Virus genome (UHGV): UHGV-1725451
Origin: a virus
Direction: 5' to 3' (one strand)
DNA length: 14,876 nucleotides
How positions within the stretch are numbered: position 1 is the stretch's first letter; each line of letters opens with the position of its first letter. This document shows positions 1 to 8,420 of this stretch, piece after piece. A program made the translations under genes and the position numbers. Under the pieces are notes generated by a model that worked only from the letters and a program-made list of their open reading frames with translations, had not been told where the DNA came from and searched no databases.

Positions 1-89
1 CCGGCGGCAATGGACGACCAGGTCACATCTTCATGATTATTAGCCGCCCACGCTCCCCAACGCTCAAGAACCATCTGAATATCACGCAT
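1..89 (-). CDS. quuD: Q-family late antiterminator, 5' portion only (runs off the window start)
   Basis: Minus-strand ATG at 87-89 opens a frame reading [30 protein letters not shown]..., which matches my recollection of the DLP12 QuuD N-terminus. Gene order Q downstream of rusA-ylcG fits the lambdoid layout. Confidence 0.55.
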   Translation of the reverse strand, partial: MRDIQMVLERWGAWAANNHEDVTWSSIAA

Positions 90-174
90 CAACTTACTCC
101 ACAAAACTCAGACCAGAACGCCAATTACAAGCAAAAATCAACAAAACAGTATTAGTTGATTGTTATCTCTGACT

Positions 175-315
175 TCATACTCCTGCTCCTGTCAGTGTTT
201 TGGCGTAATTCTTCAGTATTCGGTAATCGGTCAAAACAGAGCCGGGGAAACGATATAAGCGCAGACGCCCCCAGCGGTGGCGAAGAAGTTCTGCCATATT
301 AAACTCAAACATCAT
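175..315 (-). CDS. ylcG: small prophage protein YlcG (46 aa)
   Basis: Hand translation of the minus strand gives [46 protein letters not shown]. Its ATG overlaps the rusA stop (ATGA). Too short to appear in the ORF track. Confidence 0.6.
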   Translation of the reverse strand: MMFEFNMAELLRHRWGRLRLYRFPGSVLTDYRILKNYAKTLTGAGV

Positions 316-675
316 TCATTCCCCATTTCGGTGATGGTCAGTTCCAGCCTCCCACCTTTGGTAACAGGCATCTTCACAACGCGGTAATCAACGACCTGAG
401 CATCATCCAGCCAGAAACCTGCTTTAGTGAGTGCGTCAAAAGCGGCTTTTTGCAGATTATCCAGGTCACGGCTACGGCGATCCGGCATGTGGCACTCAAT
501 GCGGATTTTCACAGGCATAGCCAGGCCGATATCCAGCATTGCGTTTTTAATGATTCGGGCGACGTTATCGCGGTATGCCTGCCCCCTCTGCACTGACGTG
601 CGTGCGCCCGCGATTATGGCGGTAATAGCGATTATTGCTCGGAGGCCAGGGTAATGTGATACTGTAGGTATTCAC
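312..675 (-). pseudogene. rusA: RusA Holliday-junction resolvase, frame-disrupted by one extra base in a C5 run (582-586)
   Basis: ORF 312-593 encodes the RusA C-terminus (...[36 protein letters not shown]...TITEMGNE). The N-terminus [31 protein letters not shown] is read from a GTG at 673-675 in a different frame and stops at 565-567. The two frames join at the C-run. Confidence 0.7.
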
Positions 676-962
676 GCCTTAATAACCCCCTCTTTCAGCC
701 AGATAACCTGTGTTCTCGCCATACCTTCCAGCGCGCATTCTTTTGCATATGCAGCATCGACAAAATGTGTGCGGCGGTCGATTTCGTCGTGGCAGGCAGA
801 ACATGCAATGGTGGCAATCAGGTCTGGCGGTTTGATACCGGTACCGCACAATCCAGCCAGCCGGATATGTGCCAGTACAGACGTTTCAGAATTGCCATTA
901 CATACGCCAGGGATTCTTACCTGGCATTCCCGACCACGCGCTGCTTTTCTCAAATCAGCCAT
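672..962 (-). CDS. ybcO: YbcO-family (DUF1364) prophage protein, putative nuclease
   Basis: ORF 672-1001 contains [23 protein letters not shown]...CSACHDEID...WLKEGVIKA. Likely start is the ATG at 960-962, preceded by GGAGGAATC and overlapping the ninE stop. Confidence 0.75.
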   Translation of the reverse strand: MADLRKAARGRECQVRIPGVCNGNSETSVLAHIRLAGLCGTGIKPPDLIATIACSACHDEIDRRTHFVDAAYAKECALEGMARTQVIWLKEGVIKA

Positions 963-1125
963 GATTCCTCCTTGCTGCCAGTCGCAACCATTTTTTATCA
1001 ACCAGGCTAGCGGTATATCCGAGCAGTGTTGGTATTTCGGATGGCTTCAGCTCAGGCTTACGCTTACGACGATTTGATACTCTGTAGATGTGTCCGTTCA
1101 TGACACGAATAAGCGGTGTAGCCAT
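955..1125 (-). CDS. ninE: NinE-family protein (56 aa)
   Basis: Hand translation gives [56 protein letters not shown]. Its start overlaps the ybcN stop (TAATG). Below the ORF-track size cutoff. Confidence 0.7.
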   Translation of the reverse strand: MATPLIRVMNGHIYRVSNRRKRKPELKPSEIPTLLGYTASLVDKKWLRLAARRNHG

Positions 1126-1580
1126 TACGCCTCCTGCTTGTCGCGGAGCAGCTGGAACTCGCAGCTCTGCGGAATAGTCAGGTGGCAGCCAATATTCACC
1201 GCCCAGGCTTCAACCTTACACAGGAAGACATACATCTCTCCGGTATCAAGATCGGAGGTATGGCGTAACGACTGGATAGTGGTGATATCACCGGTTACGA
1301 CATCAACCAGGTCTTTGGTTTCATAACCGAGATATGTGTGTTTGAGAGCATCTTTTACCCAAGCTGGAGTGGCGAACGTTTTACCCCTGCTGATGAGGTA
1401 TTCACTGATTTCGCTGTACCACATGTGGCTGAGTGCATTCTGGGAAAGACTGCGTTTCTCACGCCACGGTTTAAGCACCATGCGAAAGCATTTGCCCTCC
1501 TCCAGATAAGGCTGGATCTGCCGACCGATAGCGGTGAAGTTGCCGCGATGTAATTTGATGCCGTCTTGTGAGAGGTTCAC
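1125..1580 (-). CDS. ybcN: NinB/Orf-family recombination protein (YbcN)
   Basis: 151-aa [58 protein letters not shown]..., matching the lambda NinB / DLP12 YbcN family. Confidence 0.8.
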
Positions 1581-1701
1581 GCTTCACCTCCGCAGAGGTC
1601 AAACGCTAGATGCAAAGAATTGCAGGTGCATTTCTGCATCTGTGAAGGGAGAAGAGAGTTTGGATTGTATGTGCGCATAAACGTCCCCGTTTAGCGCAGA
1701 A

Positions 1702-1730
1702 GTCACCGGAGTTGTTCAGGCTCCGGTGAC
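1702..1730. repeat. perfect 10-bp GC-rich inverted repeat (GTCACCGGAG / CTCCGGTGAC) with a 9-nt spacer
   Basis: Read directly from the sequence. Lies between ybcM (3' end) and ybcN (5' end). No U-tract follows on either strand, so it is not a canonical intrinsic terminator. Confidence 0.8.
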
Positions 1731-1794
1731 ATAATTATGCCGTGTTGATTTCCCAAAATCAAAATCGATAGAATTGCTCCTTCTTAAAACACTT

Positions 1795-2592
1795 TTACTC
1801 TCTGGAAGCTTTTCTTATCTCTCTTGGTGTTATATTAAAACGATTATGAAATCTTTCAGTAAAACGAGAAGGACACTTATAACCATTTTCTCTGGCAATC
1901 TCGCTTATAGGTTTTACCGTCGTTTGTATAGCAGACAACGCATTATTTAACCTCACATCGTCCAGTATACTTTGGAAACTTACCCCCTCGCTTGCTAGAC
2001 GGCGATGTAATGTAGAAACAGAAATGTAGAGATATCGAGCAACCTTGTTTGCTGTCCATTTTGTGCCGGGTTCGGATAGCAGCAGGTTATAACAACGACT
2101 TATCAATGATTGTTTACTATATGATAAAAGTAAATGATTAACATGATTCACTCCTAACGAAAGTAGAACGCCCATTGCTAAGTGCTCCTGAATTTTAGTT
2201 GAGAAGCCTCGGGAAACAGATGTTTTTAGTTGCTCCCAACAATATATTAACTCAGGATTCTGAGGTAAAAAGAAACTTGTTTTGTTACGTATTTGATCAG
2301 TTACCGTATAAAGTTTTTGGAAACTCTCAATTAAATCAATGGGTAAGTAAAGCATTTCTGCAAGATAAAGCCCTGCTTCAGGATAATTCTCAATATAAAA
2401 TTCATAACCACAAGGAAATAATATTATTTGATTATTATCAACAGTTAAAGTATGCGTCTCCCAATTGATAACTTTCTTTCCCTGACGGATACGACACAAA
2501 GCTGGCATAAGAGGCTTAACCCTATGAATCTCATGATGTTTATGCATCCGTATTTCTTCGATCTTTAAGTTAGTCTTACCTCTTGCCAGCAT
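1795..2592 (-). CDS. ybcM: AraC/XylS-family transcriptional regulator (YbcM-like)
   Basis: 265-aa ORF with a C-terminal AraC-type HTH region (...[33 protein letters not shown]). Low-GC coding sequence. Confidence 0.85.
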
Positions 2593-2601
2593 ACTCTCAC
2601 C

Positions 2602-3153
2602 CTACTTTATCTCATAAACTGGTGTTATCTCAGCGGTTGCGATTTTATTAGCATTAAGCATATAACCAACTAACGCTCCGCTGGAGTTAGAATCTACAGG
2701 AATCTTTTCAGTTTTTAGAGCCCATACTTTAAACTGGTAATGATGTGGTTTATCTCCTTTAGGAGGACACGCGCCACCAAACCCAGCATAGCCAAAATCA
2801 TTTCGGCCTTGAACAGCACCAGTCGGCAGTTTTGTTCCATCACGTCTCCCTGCATCAACGGGCAAATATGTTATTGTTGCTGGAATATTAACAACAGTCC
2901 AATGCCACCAACCACTGCCTGTAGGTGCATCTGGATCATATACAGTTACGGCAAAGCTTTTGGTACCTTCAGGAACACCAGACCAGGTTAATGAGGGCGA
3001 TGTATTACCACCTTCACACCCAAATCCAGAAAAGACATGAGACGTTGTAAGTTGCTCTCCTGTTTTTATTTCATTACTAGTGACCTGAAATGCTGCAGCC
3101 TGCGCAGAAAATGTTATGAATGCCAATACAGTTGAAACGATAAGTGTTTTCAT
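2602..3153 (-). CDS. ybcL: PEBP/YbcL-family (UPF0098) secreted protein
   Basis: 183-aa ORF with an N-terminal signal peptide (MKTLIVSTVLAFITFSAQAAA) and PEBP-like motifs (YDPDAP, HHYQFKVWAL). Sits 9 bp upstream of ybcM, so the pair is probably an operon. Confidence 0.85.
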   Translation of the reverse strand: MKTLIVSTVLAFITFSAQAAAFQVTSNEIKTGEQLTTSHVFSGFGCEGGNTSPSLTWSGVPEGTKSFAVTVYDPDAPTGSGWWHWTVVNIPATITYLPVDAGRRDGTKLPTGAVQGRNDFGYAGFGGACPPKGDKPHHYQFKVWALKTEKIPVDSNSSGALVGYMLNANKIATAEITPVYEIK

Positions 3154-3369
3154 AAAAACCTCTTTGTTATGACCTATCGTTATTTTATTTGATATTCCTT
3201 TATCTCATTATGCATAAAGGCGCAATTTTTATGCAAAAGCAATCACAATTGTACCCCCAACCCAATTATTTGCCACAATATACACAAAGCACATTGATAC
3301 TATCTAAAAACTCTGCTTTATTATTAGTAATACCTACGAAAGTCGGTGTTATTTTTTAACCTATCATTC

Positions 3370-3419
3370 AAAATACGTGACATACACCATTTTGCTCATA
3401 ATAATTTGTCACGTATTTT
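3370..3419. repeat. perfect 13-bp inverted repeat AAAATACGTGACA (3370-3382) / TGTCACGTATTTT (3407-3419) around a 24-bp AT-rich spacer
   Basis: Read directly from the sequence in the ybcK-ybcL intergenic region. Forms a symmetric 50-bp site. Confidence 0.85.
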
Positions 3420-3617
3420 CAGTATTTGAATCTGCGACCAAGAGTTCTCACCTGACAAATGATTAAGATTGTATAGCTCATTTACTACCCCAATACAGCC
3501 GTACAAAACTCGCTTGTGGGAGCAAACAAAGTAATTACCCATTAAGTTTCGTCAAAGATAATTAATTCTGTCTTGCACTTTATCACCATAGCATAACTTA
3601 AAATCCGAGATCATTAT

Positions 3618-5144
3618 TTAGAAATAAATCTCACCATCAACCATATATTTGAGAGCACTTATCGCCTGCTGGGCGGATATTACTTTCATTAAAGGATAGT
3701 GTTTAAAAACAATGCCATTCATAAAATAAATATCACAGGTTTTATTATCCGTATTAATTATGATTTTTTCGAATGTTTTATAGGCAAGTGTACGGCATAA
3801 CTCTCGTCCATTTTTACTGGTTAAGTCAATAGCATAAAAATCACTGAATGAATTTACACCTTTACTCTTCAAAGTTTTCAATGATACCGAAGCCCTTCGT
3901 AATTCCTTATCTAATAGTCTTATTTTCTCTGCTATAGCGGTAACTTCAGGCGCGACAGACAATGCAACGATTAAATTATTAATTTTCATCTGAAGCTCAA
4001 TAATTTTTAACTCTAAAGTTTCATTAGCATCTTTCTTGTTTTCAACTGGTTGAATTTTGCTACAATTAAAAAGCAATTCATTAATGATATTATAATCAAC
4101 CAAATCTCTTTTTATTGATGGCCTGTCACATCGATGTAATCTTCTCATCGGACAAACATAATAGCCATGCAAACTTCCAGATACCGCATGAACAATCATG
4201 GTATTACCACAAGCCTCACACTTCATAACTGTTCGAAGTAGATTTATTAGCATAGGATTCTTGCTACTATTGCTAATACCAAAAGGTGCCAACCGAATTT
4301 CCTGTACAGCGTAAAACAAATCATCTGATATGACTCTGGGATAATAGCCAGCGATTTCACTTATCCCTTTCCCTCTTGCACGATATGAAGGTACGCATAT
4401 ACCTATCAGAGCTTTATTCGCTAATAATTTTTCAATTACAGAAGGTCCCCATGCACTTTCTTTTCCTGAGAAATTCTTTACAGCATGATCATTTAAATAC
4501 TTGGCTATTGCATTCAATGAGCGCCTTTCCATCCTGAGTTTAAAAATTAGCTCAATAGTTTTCACCCTGTCGGGGTCTGGAACAAAAGCCGTTCTTTTGT
4601 CATCTAAGGAGAGCCATCTCGGACAAGACGCCGTCATAATCGTACCTGATTCCAGTGCATCCTGCCGTTTTTTCTTCCATGATAATTTAACCCGACTTGA
4701 CTTTATCTCGCTTTCTTCATTTGCCCTTTGTGCTATAAGTATGGCTTTTATTAATGAATATGGCTCATTCAAAGAGTCAATATTATAGACTGTATTGTCG
4801 CAAAGAGTTATAACATCAATACCGTGATTCAAAATCAATTTCAGACGTTCAATCGCTTCACCGACTTTTTCTCTTGAAAGTCTGTCCAGACTTTCAACTA
4901 ACAATGTAGTTCCTGGCAATATATAACCATGCTCTATAGCATCTAAAAATTCCGAAAAAGCTCCTGATTGTGCATGCTTTCCTTTGAATGCACTTAATCC
5001 TAAATCTTCATATGTTATGGTATCAAGATAATAATCACTATTTACCTTTAACCATTCAGCAATAAGTCTTCTCTGTCGGTTTAATGAGTCACCAGACATC
5101 TGACCTGGTGATGAAAATCGCATATATGCTATGGCTTTTTTCAT
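3618..5144 (-). CDS. ybcK: large serine recombinase (resolvase/invertase catalytic domain, recombinase domain, Cys-rich zinc ribbon), YbcK-like
   Basis: 508-aa ORF. N-terminus AIAYMRFSSPGQ...LLVESLDRLSRE is typical of the serine-recombinase catalytic domain. A C-terminal cysteine cluster (CEACGN...YYVCPMRRLHRCDRP) is present. Confidence 0.85.
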   Translation of the reverse strand: MKKAIAYMRFSSPGQMSGDSLNRQRRLIAEWLKVNSDYYLDTITYEDLGLSAFKGKHAQSGAFSEFLDAIEHGYILPGTTLLVESLDRLSREKVGEAIERLKLILNHGIDVITLCDNTVYNIDSLNEPYSLIKAILIAQRANEESEIKSSRVKLSWKKKRQDALESGTIMTASCPRWLSLDDKRTAFVPDPDRVKTIELIFKLRMERRSLNAIAKYLNDHAVKNFSGKESAWGPSVIEKLLANKALIGICVPSYRARGKGISEIAGYYPRVISDDLFYAVQEIRLAPFGISNSSKNPMLINLLRTVMKCEACGNTMIVHAVSGSLHGYYVCPMRRLHRCDRPSIKRDLVDYNIINELLFNCSKIQPVENKKDANETLELKIIELQMKINNLIVALSVAPEVTAIAEKIRLLDKELRRASVSLKTLKSKGVNSFSDFYAIDLTSKNGRELCRTLAYKTFEKIIINTDNKTCDIYFMNGIVFKHYPLMKVISAQQAISALKYMVDGEIYF

Positions 5145-5342
5145 GGTGACACCTGCTAACGTATGCTTTTATAAACCTTAGTGGTGGGATATAATTTTTG
5201 TTTAATTTTTATTTAAAAAGACAATTAAGGTCACATTATCTTGAATATACAACAATAATCGTATTGCAATTTTCTTACGCCATAATCTTGAAAGCACAAA
5301 AGAATACATAAAAAATAAAGACATTAACAAAAAGCATAAAAC

Positions 5343-5368
5343 GAGGCTCATATAAATATAAGAGCCTC
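5343..5368 (-). terminator. putative intrinsic terminator downstream of emrE
   Basis: 7-bp stem GAGGCTC/GAGCCTC with a 12-nt loop, followed on the minus strand by a T-rich run (TTTATGCTTTTTGTT), about 30 nt after the emrE stop. Confidence 0.5.
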
Positions 5369-5398
5369 CATATTTTAGTCGTTTAGAAACAAATTATT

Positions 5399-5731
5399 TT
5401 AATGTGGTGTGCTTCGTGACAATAAATTAATAACCAACACACCGGCACAAATCAACATCATGCCTATAATAGCTGGCAGGTCCAGCCGTTGGTCGAAAAG
5501 TCCCCATGACAGTAAGCTAATCAGGACAATACCGACTCCTGACCAGATAGCATAAGCAATCCCTGTAGGAATATAAGCCAGCGTCTGAGCTAATAACCAG
5601 AATGATGCACAATAACAAATAATTGTACCAACAGATGGCCATAACCGTGTAAAACCTTCTGAAAACTTCATTAAGGTTGTACCAATGACCTCTGCAAGTA
5701 TTGCACCACCAAGATAAATATAAGGGTTCAT
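5399..5731 (-). CDS. emrE: SMR-family multidrug efflux transporter EmrE (110 aa)
   Basis: ORF 5399-5785 contains MNPYIYLGGAILAEVIGTTLMKFSEGFTRLWPSVGTIICYCASFWLLAQTLAYIPTGIAYAIWSGVGIVLISLLSWG.... The true start is the internal Met (MNPYIYL), preceded by AGGAAAG. Confidence 0.85.
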   Translation of the reverse strand: MNPYIYLGGAILAEVIGTTLMKFSEGFTRLWPSVGTIICYCASFWLLAQTLAYIPTGIAYAIWSGVGIVLISLLSWGLFDQRLDLPAIIGMMLICAGVLVINLLSRSTPH

Positions 5732-5746
5732 AGCATATTCTTTCCT

Positions 5747-5781
5747 GTTCAAACTGGAGAGAATTGTACTACAGTTTGAAC
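5747..5781. repeat. perfect 10-bp inverted repeat GTTCAAACTG / CAGTTTGAAC with a 15-nt spacer
   Basis: Read directly from the sequence between the ren stop (5799) and the emrE start (5731), immediately upstream of the emrE ribosome-binding site. Confidence 0.8.
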
Positions 5782-5798
5782 TCAACTCACCTGTTTCA

Positions 5799-6101
5799 TC
5801 ATTGTGTACCCATTGATGTTCTTTTATATACCCTCAATACCCGTTTCATCGCGGCACTCTGGCGACACTCCTTAAAAATCAGATTCGTGCTCACCTTTCC
5901 TTCCCGTTCTTCTCTGGTAGCGAACCGGTAATACACCGTTCGCCAGACCTTACCATCAACGACCAGGATTCCTGCCCGCGCCATTTTAGCCGCAGCCTGA
6001 TTTATGCTGGTTACGGTTGCGCCTGTTACCGCGGCAACGTCCTGTGCACAGAAGCTCTTATGCGTCCCCAGGTAATGAATAATTGCCTCTTTGCCCGTCA
6101 T
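5799..6101 (-). CDS. ren: Ren-like protein (lambda ren homolog)
   Basis: 100-aa ORF MTGKEAIIHYLGTHKSFCAQDVAAVTGATVTSINQAAAKMARAGILVVDGKVWRTVYYRFATREEREGK..., closely matching lambda Ren as I recall it. Start overlaps the P stop. Confidence 0.75.
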   Translation of the reverse strand: MTGKEAIIHYLGTHKSFCAQDVAAVTGATVTSINQAAAKMARAGILVVDGKVWRTVYYRFATREEREGKVSTNLIFKECRQSAAMKRVLRVYKRTSMGTQ

Positions 6102-6799
6102 ACACTTGCTCCTTTCAGTCCGAACTTAGCTTTAATTTCTGCGATCTTCGCCAGAGCCTGTGCACGATTTAGAGGTCTACCGCCCATAACAGGAAGTTGT
6201 TTTACTGGTTCAGGTATCGTCTCACCACGGTTAATTCGCGCTGTCATACAGGTCAGTTCATCGGCAGCCTTGCGCCGTAATTCCGCGTCAGTCAGCGCAT
6301 TGGCCCGCATGTTCTGGTACAAGTTGGTAACCAACCAGTAATGCGCGTTCGATTTCCACGGATAAGACTCTGCATCCGGATACAGGCCACGCTTCCGGCA
6401 ATACTCGTAAACCATATCAACCAGCTCGCTGACGTTTGGCAGCCCGGCGTTAACAGATGCTTCTTCCCGGCACCAGGCGACAAACTGCCCGGGTGATGGC
6501 AGGAATGGTCGATTCTGCCGACGGGCTACGCGCATTCCAGCGTTAACCTGTTCCATTGTGGTGATCCCGTTTTCCCGGAAAGCCAGAACCCACTGGCGGC
6601 GGATTTCGTTCAGTTCATTCTGGTCACGGTTAGCCAGGCTCGCCGGGAAAGTTGCCAGTAACTGGCTGAACACACCGTTGATGATCTGCGCTACCTGCTG
6701 TACCTGTGGCTTTTCGTCGTACTGTTCCGGCATGTTGTTGGCGATCCGGCGCATCTGCTCACAGTCAAAGTTAACCATCTGTGCGGCGATGTTTTTCAT
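6098..6799 (-). CDS. P: replication protein P (DnaB helicase loader), lambda P-like
   Basis: 233-aa ORF MKNIAAQMVNFDCEQMRRIANNMPEQYDEKPQVQQVAQIINGVFSQLL...AKFGLKGASV, near-identical to my recollection of lambda P. Confidence 0.9.
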   Translation of the reverse strand: MKNIAAQMVNFDCEQMRRIANNMPEQYDEKPQVQQVAQIINGVFSQLLATFPASLANRDQNELNEIRRQWVLAFRENGITTMEQVNAGMRVARRQNRPFLPSPGQFVAWCREEASVNAGLPNVSELVDMVYEYCRKRGLYPDAESYPWKSNAHYWLVTNLYQNMRANALTDAELRRKAADELTCMTARINRGETIPEPVKQLPVMGGRPLNRAQALAKIAEIKAKFGLKGASV

Positions 6800-7725
6800 A
6801 GCTCCACCCCGTAAATCCAGTCAGTGTTCGTCAGGTCGAGTTTTGGTTTGCCGGCTGTCACGCCAGCCTGTTGCTTGTTTCGGTTGATTTCGAGCTGGGT
6901 CCACTTGTCGCGGAGTTTGGCCGGACTTAGCACGTTACCGGACCAGAAGTTGTCCTGGCATGCCCAGCGGAACAGCACGCACATGTCGCGGTGGTTACGT
7001 CCGTCACGTTCACGCATCAGGCGGATATCGTTAGCCCACCCTGCAAAATTCGGTTTTCTGGCTGATGGCGCGATGGTCTTCACCATGTCAAACATCCACT
7101 CTGCGGCGGTCAGGTCTTCTGCTGTCCCCCACTTGCTGCCGCTCTGAATTGCAGCATCCGGTTTCACCACAGGAAGATCGTTTTCTGGTTGGTCAGAGGA
7201 TTCGCCAGAATTCTCGGACGAAAAAGGTTTTATATTGTCTTTTGTTAGTTTGTCTTTTGTGTTTACCTGATTCGGGTAAACGCCTTTACCTGATTTGGGT
7301 AAACTTTTTTTACCTGATTCAGGTAAATTTACCTCTTTCAGGTAAACTTTATTTTTCTTACCTGATTCGGGTAATGTTGACCATTCACTGACCACATTAT
7401 TAATGCCGGTATTCCGCCCGCTCTGAATAAAAATCCCACGCTTTACCAGAACACTTTTTGCAGCAGAACACTTGTGCGGCAATATCCCGGTTAATTCGGA
7501 AAGTTGCTCGTTGCTAACCCAATCCAGTTTTTTATTAAAGCCATATGTTTTGCGCATGACAGCCAGAAAGACCAGAAGCTGGTGCTGTGTTAATCCGGCC
7601 AGCATCACAGCTTCCAGCAACTCATTTGCAATGCGCGTATAACCATCATCGAGATCTGCCACGCGCGGCTCCTTTTGTGCCGCATCCGGCACTGGAAAAT
7701 TGAATATCTCAGCAGTGTTTGCCAT
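6796..7725 (-). CDS. O: replication initiator O (lambda O-like, divergent sequence) containing ori iterons
   Basis: ORF 6796-7815. Likely start is the ATG at 7723-7725 (MANTAEIFNF..., preceded by GGGAGGAAT). The conserved N-terminal motif VADLDDGYTRIANELLEA matches lambda O. The C-terminal region interacts with P in lambda. Iterons lie inside the gene. Confidence 0.85.
   Translation of the reverse strand: MANTAEIFNFPVPDAAQKEPRVADLDDGYTRIANELLEAVMLAGLTQHQLLVFLAVMRKTYGFNKKLDWVSNEQLSELTGILPHKCSAAKSVLVKRGIFIQSGRNTGINNVVSEWSTLPESGKKNKVYLKEVNLPESGKKSLPKSGKGVYPNQVNTKDKLTKDNIKPFSSENSGESSDQPENDLPVVKPDAAIQSGSKWGTAEDLTAAEWMFDMVKTIAPSARKPNFAGWANDIRLMRERDGRNHRDMCVLFRWACQDNFWSGNVLSPAKLRDKWTQLEINRNKQQAGVTAGKPKLDLTNTDWIYGVEL
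7263..7376. repeat. replication origin iterons: five ~19-bp copies of TTACCTGATTCGGGTAAAC-like repeats inside O
   Basis: Copies at 7263-7281, 7286-7304, 7310-7328, 7329-7347 and 7358-7376, each an internal palindrome (TACC...GGTA). An AT-rich tract follows downstream on the minus strand (7215-7260). Same layout as ori-lambda. Confidence 0.8.
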
Positions 7726-7811
7726 AATTCCTCCCGCAATGAGTGTGTTACGATTTGCACCTGAAAGTCGGTTCTGTTCCCGCAGACCGACTTTCGCCAT
7801 TTTTGAACCTG

Positions 7812-8351
7812 TCATATTGCCCCCAGCATGGTGGTGACCATCGCCATCAATGGACCAGCCAGATCCGGGTCCACTCGAAACATCGACACAATGCCTTCAC
7901 TCATCTCCTTCAGTTTCTGGTGGCGTGGTGCGTTGAGAATGACCGCCTGCTTTGCCTCACTGAGTTCCTTTTCCATTTCAGCCAGCCGAGCCATGAAGCT
8001 ATCCTGCTCAACCAGGTGGCCGCGATATTCCAGCGGTAGTACCGCCAGAATTGCCGGGGTCAGTTCACGCACGTTATTTCGGTATTTTTCAGAATCGAAT
8101 TTGTTATCGAGGAAGCGGAACAGCTTCTGGCGTGCACGACTGACATCATCAGGAAAATCGATGGTGCCGCCGCCCTGTGCTCGATACTCATTCACAATGA
8201 GTGCGGCAACTACATCCTGATTATCTTCAGCAGACCAAGCGCGGACGGCATCACGGATTTTTTCGTGGCCTGGCACCTGTTTTGTTTGAGAACGATTTAT
8301 CACCGCAGTCGGGCTAAATCCGCTAGTCTGTTGGTATGTAAGTGGTTGCAT
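7812..8351 (-). CDS. YdaT-family / CII-position regulatory protein (function uncertain)
   Basis: 179-aa ORF with a good ribosome-binding site (AAAGGAG), located between the cro-like gene and O, where lambdoid phages carry cII. Resemblance to Rac prophage YdaT-type proteins is from memory and not verified. Confidence 0.55.
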   Translation of the reverse strand: MQPLTYQQTSGFSPTAVINRSQTKQVPGHEKIRDAVRAWSAEDNQDVVAALIVNEYRAQGGGTIDFPDDVSRARQKLFRFLDNKFDSEKYRNNVRELTPAILAVLPLEYRGHLVEQDSFMARLAEMEKELSEAKQAVILNAPRHQKLKEMSEGIVSMFRVDPDLAGPLMAMVTTMLGAI

Positions 8352-8420
8352 AATTGACTCCTTTAGTTTGAATTGACTGTTAAGTTGATTGCTTATTGTT
8401 AAAGAGCGTGAAATGGAAAT

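Noticed and set aside
427-654. 75-aa plus-strand ORF antisense to rusA
   Set aside because: Lies entirely within the conserved rusA coding sequence on the opposite strand. Typical shadow ORF.
3210-3359. 49-aa plus-strand ORF (MHKGAIFMQKQSQLYPQPNYLPQYTQ...) in the ybcK-ybcL intergenic region
   Set aside because: AT-rich promoter region, low-complexity Q/P-rich product, no convincing ribosome-binding site. Most likely a chance ORF.
5732-5785. 18-aa upstream extension of emrE (MSSNCSTILSSLNRKEYA)
   Set aside because: EmrE family proteins begin at MNPYIYL. The extension would be translated through the 10-bp hairpin region.
7263-7376. Short direct repeats with spacers that could look like a small CRISPR array
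   Set aside because: The repeats are ~19 bp with 4-5 bp gaps, lie inside the O coding sequence and match the ori-lambda iteron layout. There are no spacer-sized unique segments and no cas genes.
7726-7815. 30-aa N-terminal extension of O (MTGSKMAKVGLREQNRLSGANRNTLIAGGI)
   Set aside because: The internal ATG at 7723-7725 has a strong ribosome-binding site and gives an N-terminus that aligns with lambda O. The extension would overlap the upstream gene's 3' end.
6060-8220. Several antisense ORFs overlapping P, O and the YdaT-like gene (6060-6341+, 6558-6887+, 6824-7147+, 7065-7391+, 7743-8039+, 7828-8220+)
   Set aside because: All lie opposite well-supported, conserved phage genes in high-GC sequence where long antisense ORFs arise by chance.
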